DNA of 64,000 nt from an uncultured delta proteobacterium (lineage in GTDB: Bacteria > Desulfobacterota > Desulfuromonadia > Geobacterales > DSM-12255). Under the pieces are notes generated by a model that worked only from the letters and a program-made list of their open reading frames with translations, ran no database searches and was not told the origin of the DNA. The stretch covers positions 128,001-192,000 of the forward strand of contig CAWBBV010000012.1 of assembly GCA_963787125.1 (NCBI GenBank), read 5' to 3'. This document shows positions 32,668-41,343 of this stretch, piece after piece. The translations under genes were made by a program, and so were the position numbers. Position 1 is the stretch's first letter, and every line of letters starts with the position of its first letter.

Positions 32668-34214
32668 GCTGCCACCTCCCCGAAACTGGTTGCCGGATGC
32701 AGGCACTGTTCACCTTCAGTGGAAATGGCCGGGACGGTCGGCAACTCCTGTTGCCTGGGGATACCGTTCTCCAGAATCCTTTGCAGGCTCTGTCTTGATG
32801 TGGAGCCAAAAGAGAGCAGATGCCGGCAGGCATCATTGAGTTTGGCAGCACCATACTTATCGGCAAATCTGAGGACTGCCTGAGCCTTGCGTAGATTCTG
32901 GAGAGAGTGAGGTTCCAGAACTTCTCGCACCATGCGGCCCACATCTTCGCCGAATGTCTCAGCCTGCTGGCGGCACCAGGTGGGGTGAGCAAAAAGAAAC
33001 GCCTTGGCTTTTTCCGGATAATCGTTTTCGTCTGTACGCCATGTGCCGGGTTTGTGTGCCCGAACATGGCACTTGATCAACTCTCCCTCAAGGAAGATCT
33101 CGGTCAAGCGGAAGGTGCCCCGCGCCCAGACTTTTTTGCCCACATATCTGGTCGGAACAGAATAGTAGCTCTTGTCAAAGACCAGATGGTGATCAGGGTG
33201 AACTGTGCACTCTTTCCAGAGTGGGGTCTCGAACCTGCTGCCCGGCAAAGGGATAAGGGTGTTCTTCTCGTCCCGCTCAAAGCGCAGCAGCGGTTCTTCT
33301 TTAGTGGTGCCGTGCTTTTCCTTGCCAATGCCGGTTAGTGACCAGGCAAGCGCCTTTTCGTTGGCGTCGGCAAGATCCTGATACTGCCGCCCGGCAGCCA
33401 GCTGCTGCCGCACCGTGGGCATGGAGCGCTCAACTTTCCCTTTGTGCTCCGGAGTTCTCACTTTGGCCGGATCGGCAACAAAGCCGTAATGCCGCTCTAG
33501 TTCTGCATACGCCCGGTTGATGATCGGGTCATACAGGTCGGCTTTGACAACACCAGCCTTGAGGTTGTCCAAAAGGACGGTTCTGGGGCAACCGCCAAAG
33601 AATTCAAAGGCCCGGATATGACAGTCAAGCCAGTTCGTTGTGTCCTGGCGTTCAACGAAGCGGACAAAGCGATGGCGACTGTAAGAAAGGGTCATGACAA
33701 AGGCCCAGACCCTCTTCTTCTGGTCACCCAGAGTAAGGGCTACCTGACCAAAGTCAACCTGGGCCTGTTCTCCGGCGGATGTTTCCAACCGGACAGTTAC
33801 TCTCTGGGAATTATCCGGTTTAAGCTTTTTTACGTATCGTTTGAGACTGGAGTAGTTGAAAGGGTAGCCCTGTTCTTCAAGTAGGCGACAGATCTGCTTG
33901 GCAGTCATATTCGGCTCATCGAGCCAGCTGATTATCTGCTCTTTGTGCAGGCCTATGACCTCCTGCACCGCACCGACAGCAGATGAAGCAGGTTTGGCTG
34001 CCTTGGCTACTGCGGCCATGACGTTCTCCGCAATGGCAGCGGGTGTTTCACCATCTTCTCTGGTAAGACCGGCAGCCTTTGCCGCGTCAAGATACTTTCT
34101 GACGGTTGGCCGGGAAATGCCGAGACTTCTGGCAATTTGACTATTGTTCTGCCCTTTTTGCCAGTGATAGACAACTTCGTTCAATTCGATCATGGGGATT
34201 CTCCTTCGCGACAT
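32664..34214 (-). CDS. istA: IS21 transposase
   Basis: N-terminal HTH, GEQAQVDFG, LLDNLKAGV, KGKVER, YSVP. Confidence 0.95.
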   Translation of the reverse strand: MSRRRIPMIELNEVVYHWQKGQNNSQIARSLGISRPTVRKYLDAAKAAGLTREDGETPAAIAENVMAAVAKAAKPASSAVGAVQEVIGLHKEQIISWLDEPNMTAKQICRLLEEQGYPFNYSSLKRYVKKLKPDNSQRVTVRLETSAGEQAQVDFGQVALTLGDQKKRVWAFVMTLSYSRHRFVRFVERQDTTNWLDCHIRAFEFFGGCPRTVLLDNLKAGVVKADLYDPIINRAYAELERHYGFVADPAKVRTPEHKGKVERSMPTVRQQLAAGRQYQDLADANEKALAWSLTGIGKEKHGTTKEEPLLRFERDEKNTLIPLPGSRFETPLWKECTVHPDHHLVFDKSYYSVPTRYVGKKVWARGTFRLTEIFLEGELIKCHVRAHKPGTWRTDENDYPEKAKAFLFAHPTWCRQQAETFGEDVGRMVREVLEPHSLQNLRKAQAVLRFADKYGAAKLNDACRHLLSFGSTSRQSLQRILENGIPRQQELPTVPAISTEGEQCLHPATSFGEVAA

Positions 34215-35176
34215 AGCAGCTCCTGTCTGGAAATAATTCCATGCAGAATACTGTCATGCTGGTTGGCTCCCCTAAAAAATCCAAAGTGGCAAATAACTCT
34301 GGTCCCGGTATCGACTAAACTGGCAAATTAAGTTGACCCAGGGGGTGGCAAATAACTTTGGTCACACCTTGTCTAAAGTGGAAATTTACCATGGTCCTCG
34401 ACACCCTCTTTCCTGGGGCGGGATTGCACATTCGCTGCCTAAAAGAAGTGCTAATTGAAACGCTGCACAATGACGAAGGTAGCCACACCGAGCAATGGGA
34501 AATGGTAATCGACGACAGTTACTTTACTGACGGCTACGGCAATGAAGTTCGAGAGCTCCCTCCTGAAGTGCAGGCGCTATTCTTATCATGGGACCTTGAT
34601 ACACGAGAACAGCATTCCGCATCTCATATTTTAATGAGTTTTGTTGGTCCCGAGCACGCATACCTATTTGCTCACATGGCTCTGGTGCAGTTGCTGAATT
34701 TCCAGCTTCCGACTGATAGCAAACTTCAATGGAGATCATTGATCAATGAACCCAATATTGTCGTCAAGGGAATAGATGATTTCGCAACTGCCGTAAAGGG
34801 CTGTGGATACACGAGTAGTGAGAACTATCTTGCACCAAAAGCCACAAACTATGCCTGCGTTCTTGAAAGAATAAATATCAGGCACCGACGCGTGTCCGAG
34901 TAAAACACTCATCACGAAAGGTGCGAAGTTGTGACAATAAGGGGGAATTATATGAACGGATCTTTTATAAAGTCAGCAGTTCTTTCTATTATTTTTTGTC
35001 TTATCTTTTCGCAATATCTGTTTGCGCAATCTATAGAAATTGTTCATGCAAATTATAAATATACATTAGGAGACAGCGATACTAAAAGCGATGCTAAAAA
35101 AATTGCCTTTAACCCCAATCCGCAAAACTATTGGGTTAATATAGTGTAACATGCTATAATCCTTCACATAATTGTA

Positions 35177-36562
35177 GTGAAGGAGCTCACCCGAATGGTG
35201 AAAGACAATCTCGGTTTTCAGTATGTAGCAGCCCGACAGACGCTAACTTCCGTAGCAGGATTGGAGCTGCTCACCACCCTCATACGCCGTCTCGATCTGA
35301 TTCGAGCCATCAGAAACGAAGTGCGGGTCAAGAAGATCGACTACGGCTTCCGGGAAGAGGAACATCTAATCCCGCTGTTACTAAACATTTCCTTACGCCG
35401 GACCAGCTACACTGATCTTGCCTGGCTGGCACGGGAAGAGAAACTGCTCAAGAAATCGCTCGGCTTTGGCAAACTCCCCAAAGAGCGAGCTGTTGCCATG
35501 CATCTGGAGAAATATGGCAAAGAGGAAATAACCGGTCTCAAGCGGGTCGGCGCAAAGATTGTTTCCCAAGCAAGCATCACAGCTGAACCGGGGGCTGAAG
35601 GCTATATTCCCTGCGACATTGACCCGAGTATCTTCGAGCAATTTGCTCCCAAACGGGAAGGGGTTCAAACCACTTACAACGGTAAACTTTGCTACACCCC
35701 TGTATTTGCAGTTCTCGGGCGCGAACGGTTCTGCATCAATCACTGGCTGTTGCCAGGCAGAGAGAAAGCTGTTGAACGGATTGACGAATTCATCAGGGAA
35801 ACGGCAGAGCTGCTCCCCGAGAAAATAGATCGGAACAAGCTCCTGTTTCGCTACGATGCCGGGCTTTACAGCATCAAAACTGTTCAAGCCAGCGAAGATG
35901 CTAAAGCATACTATCTGGTCAAGGCCCGAGCCAGCGGCGCATTGGATCGAGTGGTAAACGAGAATCTCGATGTCGATGTTATGAGCCTCAAAGTCACTGA
36001 CTTCGGCGGCGAGTTTTACGGAGAATTCGAGTACACCCCAAGCGGCTGGAAAACTCCCCGCCGTTTCGTCTTCTGTGTTCAGATCAAGTCCGTAGACGAG
36101 AAAGGACAGCCACTGCTGCTCAATGACGTCCGCTACCACATACTGGCCACCAATCTACCCAAAGAAGTCACCCCGCAGCGGGCATTCGAACTCTATCGGG
36201 GGCGTGGAGCTGCAGAAGAAGCGAACAAGGAACTCAAGCACGACCTGGATCTGGAGCGACTCCCCTCCCAGACCTTCAGTGTCAACGAAGTATTCCTTAC
36301 CTTGGGGACCATGGCCTACAACCTGCTTATCCTGCTGGGTCAGCAGTGGCGGGATGAAGCTGGTGACGGAGAGATGGACAGTCACTTAACACCGGTACGG
36401 CGGCGGATCAAGACCATTCAGGATTATCTGCTGCGTAGTGCGGCAATCGTGGTCAATCATGCCCGCAAGAGCCTGCTGAAAGTCAACGGCTGGTGGCTGG
36501 AGAAACTTCGCCCTGACAGGATTCAGGCAAGAATCGGCAGGCTTCAGCCGGTAACCTGCTAA
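35177..36562 (+). CDS. IS1380-family transposase
   Basis: DID, RYDAG, Y.GRG.AE...KELKHDLDLERLPS..F..N.....AYNL. Confidence 0.9.
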   Translation: MKELTRMVKDNLGFQYVAARQTLTSVAGLELLTTLIRRLDLIRAIRNEVRVKKIDYGFREEEHLIPLLLNISLRRTSYTDLAWLAREEKLLKKSLGFGKLPKERAVAMHLEKYGKEEITGLKRVGAKIVSQASITAEPGAEGYIPCDIDPSIFEQFAPKREGVQTTYNGKLCYTPVFAVLGRERFCINHWLLPGREKAVERIDEFIRETAELLPEKIDRNKLLFRYDAGLYSIKTVQASEDAKAYYLVKARASGALDRVVNENLDVDVMSLKVTDFGGEFYGEFEYTPSGWKTPRRFVFCVQIKSVDEKGQPLLLNDVRYHILATNLPKEVTPQRAFELYRGRGAAEEANKELKHDLDLERLPSQTFSVNEVFLTLGTMAYNLLILLGQQWRDEAGDGEMDSHLTPVRRRIKTIQDYLLRSAAIVVNHARKSLLKVNGWWLEKLRPDRIQARIGRLQPVTC

Positions 36563-36704
36563 AGAAAAGCTGAAAACGAGATTGTCAAAGAACAAAAAAG
36601 CAAGAACAAGGGGGCAGTTCGTCTTCAGTCCGGCAAAAAACATCGTCTGAAGAGGCAAATAGCGCGTCACTTTTTGAATTTTAGAGAAAATATGTGTTTT
36701 CGAC

Positions 36705-38034
36705 CAGCATCTTCCGGTTAGGTTTTTGCACGGCGTTTCTTTTTCTTTAACTGTCTGATCTTGTTTGACTTGCCATGTTTTCTTGTACTTTCTTTCAGCT
36801 CTGCTGCTGCTTCATTTGCTATTTGATTGCGTAGTTCTCGTACCCTGGAGATGCTGACCGGTTCGTTGTGCTGCTCCCGGCAATAGATGGCGAGCAGCAG
36901 ATAGGTGATGAGGCCGCCAAGCAGTTGCACCATGAGACCATATTTGCTTCGGGCAATCAGGTGATACACCTTGAGATGCCGCTTCCACCAGCCGAAGAAG
37001 GTCTCTATGTTCCAGCGCAGCTTGTAAACTTCGGCCACTTCTTCAGCAGTCAGGTCGTATCGGTTGGTAGCAACCCAGTAATCCTTGCCGTCTATTCGGT
37101 AGCCAACAAGGCGCAGCTCTTTCTCAGTCTGACTTATACCTTTGGTGCCGAGCAGCACGACTCTGTCGTAGAAGACGATACTATCAGGATTGACGGCATT
37201 CTCGCTGATGACTGTTTTATGGGTATTCTCCCGAATACGGCAGACAAAGAACTTTTCGGCGGCTTGCCACTGGTCAAAGTGGTCATGAGACTGATAGCCG
37301 CGATCCATGACACCGGTTTCGCCTTTGTCGATGATTTTATCAACAAAGGGACGTTCACCTTCTTTGCCGTCAGAGAGGTATATCTTCCGGGGGATGCCCC
37401 GGTTGATATCAAAGCCGATATGAGCCTTGGCTTTTTTTGAACCGCTTCGGTAATCTGCCCATTCCATTGACAGAACAGCATCTATCAGTGATCCGTCTAT
37501 GGATATCAGTTTGCCAAGGTGAGCATATTCAACTGGGAGCGCCTTACCTGCTTGCTTGACAAGGTGGCTGAACACCTCAGCAAGCTGCTCAAGCCCCCTG
37601 GTGTTCATTGCCTCAAAGAAAGAGCTTTTCTTGATACCCTTTGGGGGAGCAATGTACTCCTTGGCAAAGTTGTCCTGCTCTAAAGCCTGAAGAAGTTCGC
37701 TCCTGAGGCATACTCTTGCAGGTGATAATAGATCAGAGCTTTGAGCTGATCATCAAAAGACATTTGCAACGGGCGGTACCCCCTGGATTCAAGTGTGTTA
37801 TCTAGTTTGAATCTCTCAGAAACAGGGGCAAGAATCAATTTGAAAGCACGTGATTTTCGTCGTTGTTTCAGCCTCTTGAATGGTCGCATATCGTAACTCC
37901 TGTAATATTGGATAGTTACGAATGCGCGCCCCGAATTTTTCACTAAATGTCAAGTAAGAAATACGGTATCACACTGATTTTACAACTTTTTATTTTCTCA
38001 AAGAGCTTTGCAAGGACCTAACCGGAAGACACTG
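36705..38034 (-). mobile_element. IS4-family element (1330 bp) nested in the 3' non-coding end of IS1380
   Basis: TIRs CAGCATCTTCCGGTTAGG / CCTAACCGGAAGACACTG; 9-bp target duplication GTTTTCGAC (36696-36704, 38035-38043). Confidence 0.92.
36718..37889 (-). pseudogene. IS4-family transposase with a 1-nt deletion near 37700
   Basis: IDGS, MDRGY, Y..RW.IE.FF...K motifs; 1172 nt, one base short of a 391-codon frame. Confidence 0.85.
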
Positions 38035-38457
38035 GTTTTCGACTCCCATCAAAGGGAGCTCACTGAAAAAATACCCCCGAACTCACGCTGCCTGAATGTG
38101 TCCGGCAGAGATTTGCGGATTCGGGTTTATAGAAGCGAAACGATTGTGCCTCGAAAAGGCTGGAACATATATTGAGAGCAATACTGAAGTGTTGGATCTC
38201 AGGCTATCAAAGGATGAAATCAAAACCTATGCGGGAGGAATCCTTAAGGTAGGGATTGTTTCAGAAGAATTTAAAGCCGTTGGTGAAATTTTAACCTTGT
38301 ATATGGAGGTTAAAGCCGAAATTGACCTGAAAGAAGTACGAGATAATTTAAAACGAGTTAAAGGAGACAAAAAATTCGCAGCAAAAATAAAAGATCAAGA
38401 AAGACAGTTACAAGCACTAGAAGACAATATTAGAAATCTACAGCGTAAGCTATCTAG

Positions 38458-40126
38458 TTTCCATCCGGAAAGATAACCGGATGAAATTGTTAAGATATTT
38501 TGCATAAAGTGGTTCAGTTTTATCTCGTTTTATGCTATCCTGCAAACCATAACAAGCTGTAAACATTACACATTATGGTTTCAGGGGTACTCCGGATGCG
38601 ACAAAAACTGACACGACAGATGAGCCTTTTCTCTGTCACCATGCGTCACGATATTGGTAAAGAGTTGGCAGCAATTTCTTCTATTCTCGACGCCACTCCC
38701 CAGATGCTTGATCTGGTGTTCTCCGACCTGACAAGAGAGTCTCGTCAGGATACCGGCCGGGAGGGACTGACCGCAGAACAGGTGCTGCGCTGCGTTGTCC
38801 TGAAACAGTTTCGCAGCCTCTCTTATGAAGAGCTCGCGTTTCATCTTGAAGATTCCAAATCCTTTCGTGCCTTTGCCCGACTGGAGATGGGACAGTATCC
38901 GTCGTCATCGACTCTTCAGGAAAACATCAAGCCGCTTTCCGAAGAGACCTGGGAGGCAGTTCATATCTGCCTCATGCAGTATGCCATGGAAGCCGGCATA
39001 GAAACCGGTCGTAAAGTCAGGATTGACTCGACCGTTGTCGAAAGTAACATTCATGATCCCTCTGATTCCACCTTGCTCTGGGATGGGATCAGGGTCATCA
39101 CCCGTTGGCTTGAGGAGGGTCATGCCCTTACTCCCCGTCCTGACTACAGCTATTGCGACCATTGCCGTGTTGTCAAGAAACGGCTTATGGTGATTCTCAA
39201 CGCCAAGAAACAAGAGGATAGAGTCTCGGCCTATCGTGACATGACGCACTACGCGGGCAAGGTTGTCGGCTATGCCAATAAAGCGATTCCGGCTCTGCAG
39301 GCGTACCAGGCAAACGGTCTTGGTGACATGCTTGCAGCCATGAATCTTGCCGCACAGCTGAAACGGGCAGTGGGTCTACTGGAAAAGGTTATCAGTCAGA
39401 CCGAACGACGGGTATTCCATAACGAGAAGGTGCCGGCATCAGATAAAGTGACATCCTTCTTTGAGGACCACACCGACATCATCGTCAAGAAGAGGCGTGA
39501 GACCCACTTCGGCCACAAGATATTTCTGACCGGCGGCAAGTCCAACCTGATCCTTGACTGCCTGATTGCCAAAGGCAACCCGGCTGACTCGGATCAATAC
39601 ATCCCTATGCTGGAGCGGTACAAAGGGGTCTTCCGCAGGGTGCCGCGCCAGGTAAGTGCTGATGGTGGCTTTGCATCGAAGGATAACCTGACGGAAGCAA
39701 AAGGCCTTGGCGTAAAAGACGCTGTTTTTGCCAAGAAGCGTGGGTTATCGGTAATCGACATGGCCAAGAGTTCCTGGGTGTACAAGAAGTTGCGGAACTT
39801 CCGTGCCGGTATCGAAGCCAACATCTCCACACTCAAGAGAGCTTTCGGGCTTGACCGCTGCACCTGGAAAGGTTGGGAAGGATTCAGACGTTATGTCTGG
39901 AGTTCGATCTTTGCCTATAACCTTCAGGTCATAGCCCGGATCAAGCTGGAAGCGGCTTAAAAAGGCAAAAGCAGCAGCGAAAAGCATCTCGACGGGTGTA
40001 GTGCGTCATTAAATTGAGAAAGAGCAGATAAAACTGGTTACGTGGTAGTCAAAATCTTCCGAAGCAGAGACTGCCAACAGCGACCGGAGGTCCAGTACGT
40101 CTTAAACTGGGGTTTCCGGATGGACA
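38458..40126 (+). mobile_element. ISNCY/IS5-like element (about 1669 bp)
   Basis: TIRs TTTCCATCCGGAAA / TTTCCGGATGGACA; flanking direct repeat CTATCTAG (38450-38457, 40127-40134); ends ambiguous by up to 3 bp because the target is partly palindromic. Confidence 0.88.
38596..39960 (+). CDS. ISNCY-family DDE transposase
   Basis: RIDSTVVESNIH.P.DS.LL.D, FGHK, ADGGF, FRAGIEA.IS.LKR. Confidence 0.9.
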   Translation: MRQKLTRQMSLFSVTMRHDIGKELAAISSILDATPQMLDLVFSDLTRESRQDTGREGLTAEQVLRCVVLKQFRSLSYEELAFHLEDSKSFRAFARLEMGQYPSSSTLQENIKPLSEETWEAVHICLMQYAMEAGIETGRKVRIDSTVVESNIHDPSDSTLLWDGIRVITRWLEEGHALTPRPDYSYCDHCRVVKKRLMVILNAKKQEDRVSAYRDMTHYAGKVVGYANKAIPALQAYQANGLGDMLAAMNLAAQLKRAVGLLEKVISQTERRVFHNEKVPASDKVTSFFEDHTDIIVKKRRETHFGHKIFLTGGKSNLILDCLIAKGNPADSDQYIPMLERYKGVFRRVPRQVSADGGFASKDNLTEAKGLGVKDAVFAKKRGLSVIDMAKSSWVYKKLRNFRAGIEANISTLKRAFGLDRCTWKGWEGFRRYVWSSIFAYNLQVIARIKLEAA

Positions 40127-40548
40127 CTATCTAGTAATGATACTGGTAAGACAACAAAAATTAGACAAGAGAGAAAAAAAGTCTTTGATAAAATAGATGA
40201 ACTTGAACGGATCAAATCTGAGATAAAATCAAAAACAATTCTTGCTATAGAAAATATTGAACTAGGTATGACACCTAAGGAAGTAGTTAAACTTATAGGT
40301 CAGCCGCGCTCAACAGATTATTATGATCAGCGTTATAATTATGGCAATGTATGGGTTGTTTTTGATGGTGGTATAGTTGGGTGTCTTGTAAAAACAGAAG
40401 ATTATCTTATCGGCGGTCCTGCTTGGCAGGGTGGGACCTGTAGACACGAGTATATGATAAAAAAAATAAAGTAATGAGCAACAAGGTATGTGTCGCTGGA
40501 GTGGACATTGGCAACTTACATAACTTAGATTGAGAAGACAGATTTATC

Positions 40549-40588
40549 ATCGGGTAGCCGGTTTTTTTCTCCCACACCACCCGGCATG
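40549..40588 (-). other. Remnant resembling a group IIC intron 3' end (half of domain V plus degenerate domain VI)
   Basis: Minus strand reads CATGCCGGGTGGTGTGGGAG..CCGGCTACCCGAT. Confidence 0.5.
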
Positions 40589-40591
40589 AGA

Positions 40592-40614
40592 GTTCCCCTC
40601 GACTACGCTCAAGG
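40592..40614 (+). repeat. Degenerate single REP-like arm
   Basis: GTTCCCCTCGACTACGCTCAAGG, 20/23 identical to 30110-30132, same orientation. Confidence 0.55.
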
Positions 40615-40665
40615 TTCACACCCAAAAAGAGCCACGGGGGCCGGAAACCGACCACAATAATCTTG

Positions 40666-41013
40666 TTAACCATGCTTCAACGGGTGCTCTTTCAAAAACA
40701 TCCTTAAAGCGTCATCAATCCGTGCTTGCCAACCAGCGCCGGTTGATTTGAAATTTTCTACGACATCTTGAGACAGCCGGATAGCGATTGATTTTTTTGT
40801 AGGGGCCTTCTGAGGCCCACGGATACCCGGTCGATGAACGGTCGCCTGTGCCCAATCCTTATCAGTTTTAAGGAAATTATCCGGGTCGTCCATAGCCATG
40901 CGTTCAACAGACTCTTCAGAAAAATGACTGACTCGTTTCGGGTCCGTCATGATTTCTCCTCTTGAACGCATGCCTTCGATCTCTTCAGAGGTCTTTCTAG
41001 TTATTTTGCTCAT
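40666..41013 (-). CDS. brnA: BrnA-family antitoxin
   Basis: RGPQKAPTK..I.IRLS.DVV..FK..G.GWQ.RID.AL C-terminal motif. Confidence 0.88.
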   Translation of the reverse strand: MSKITRKTSEEIEGMRSRGEIMTDPKRVSHFSEESVERMAMDDPDNFLKTDKDWAQATVHRPGIRGPQKAPTKKSIAIRLSQDVVENFKSTGAGWQARIDDALRMFLKEHPLKHG

Positions 41014-41272
41014 AGTAAAGGCTCCTTTCCTTACGACTGGACTTCCGTAGCGAGATACAGCGAACTGCGTCTCCGCGTAGCGTGTAGGCGAGAGTAAGAG
41101 TTACCAGTTCGCCGCCAACTTCGGCAATATCTAACCAGCGACGTTCATGTGGCTGGTTACTTTCAACTGTGATCTTTATTGGAGACTCATACACAAGCTG
41201 ACCATCGGCAAGGTCATATCCATGCTTTTCAAAGTTTTTCAGTCGCTTGTTTTCATCCCATTCGTAGATCAT
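40997..41272 (-). CDS. brnT: BrnT-family toxin
   Basis: YEWDE.K...N..KHG, E.RW, YT.RG...R.IS.RK....ER..Y. Confidence 0.9.
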   Translation of the reverse strand: MIYEWDENKRLKNFEKHGYDLADGQLVYESPIKITVESNQPHERRWLDIAEVGGELVTLTLAYTLRGDAVRCISLRKSSRKERSLYYEQNN

Positions 41273-41276
41273 GCTT

Positions 41277-41307
41277 ATTGTATATACGATTTACTGTGAC
41301 AAGTCAA
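41277..41307 (-). promoter_or_regulatory. Putative brnTA promoter/operator, possibly leaderless
   Basis: Imperfect palindrome ATTGTATATACGAT (41277-41290) 4 nt from the ATG; TTGACT on minus strand at 41302-41307; no SD visible. Confidence 0.4.
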
Positions 41308-41343
41308 TTCAACAACTCAAACCTTCACAAGACGAGGCCTTTA

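Larger units (their letters stand above)
31836..34403 (-). mobile_element. IS21-family insertion sequence (2568 bp)
   Basis: Ends TGTCAAGGACCA / TGGTCCTCGACA; 6-bp target duplication CCCTCT (31830-31835, 34404-34409); repeated TTTGCCA motifs near both ends; istA-istB. Confidence 0.95.
31316..34903 (+). pseudogene. PD-(D/E)XK restriction-endonuclease-like gene, split by IS21 and carrying an internal TGA
   Basis: EDEF..VPDLL..IEVKSK motif; 31316-31835 plus 34410-34903 join in frame (..DFSYSL-FPGAG..); TGA at 31697-31699. Confidence 0.75.
35112..38126 (+). mobile_element. IS1380-family element (1676 bp net) containing a nested IS4
   Basis: TIRs ACCCCAATCCGCAAA / TTTGCGGATTCGGGT; TTA duplicated at 35109-35111 and 38127-38129. 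Confidence 0.88.
34952..40474 (+). pseudogene. AT-rich secreted protein gene (275 aa when rebuilt) split by IS1380(+IS4) and ISNCY
   Basis: 34952-35111 + 38130-38457 + 40135-40474 = 828 nt open frame; signal peptide, coiled coil, C-terminal LGMTPKEV..LIGQP (BamE/SmpA-like). Confidence 0.85.

Noticed and set aside
34340..34373. Apparent IS21 right end at GGTCACA with a CTTGTC duplication
   Set aside because: This is an internal repeat; the end at 34403 gives TG..CA termini, an exact CCCTCT duplication and in-frame repair of the target gene.
31124..41272. Integron cassette array
   Set aside because: The cargo is cassette-like but I found no RYYYAAC..GTTRRRY attC hairpins and no intI.
41179..41343. 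N-terminal extension of PepA in the ORF track
   Set aside because: It overlaps brnT on the opposite strand; ATG 41344 has a GAGG RBS and gives a normal-length PepA.
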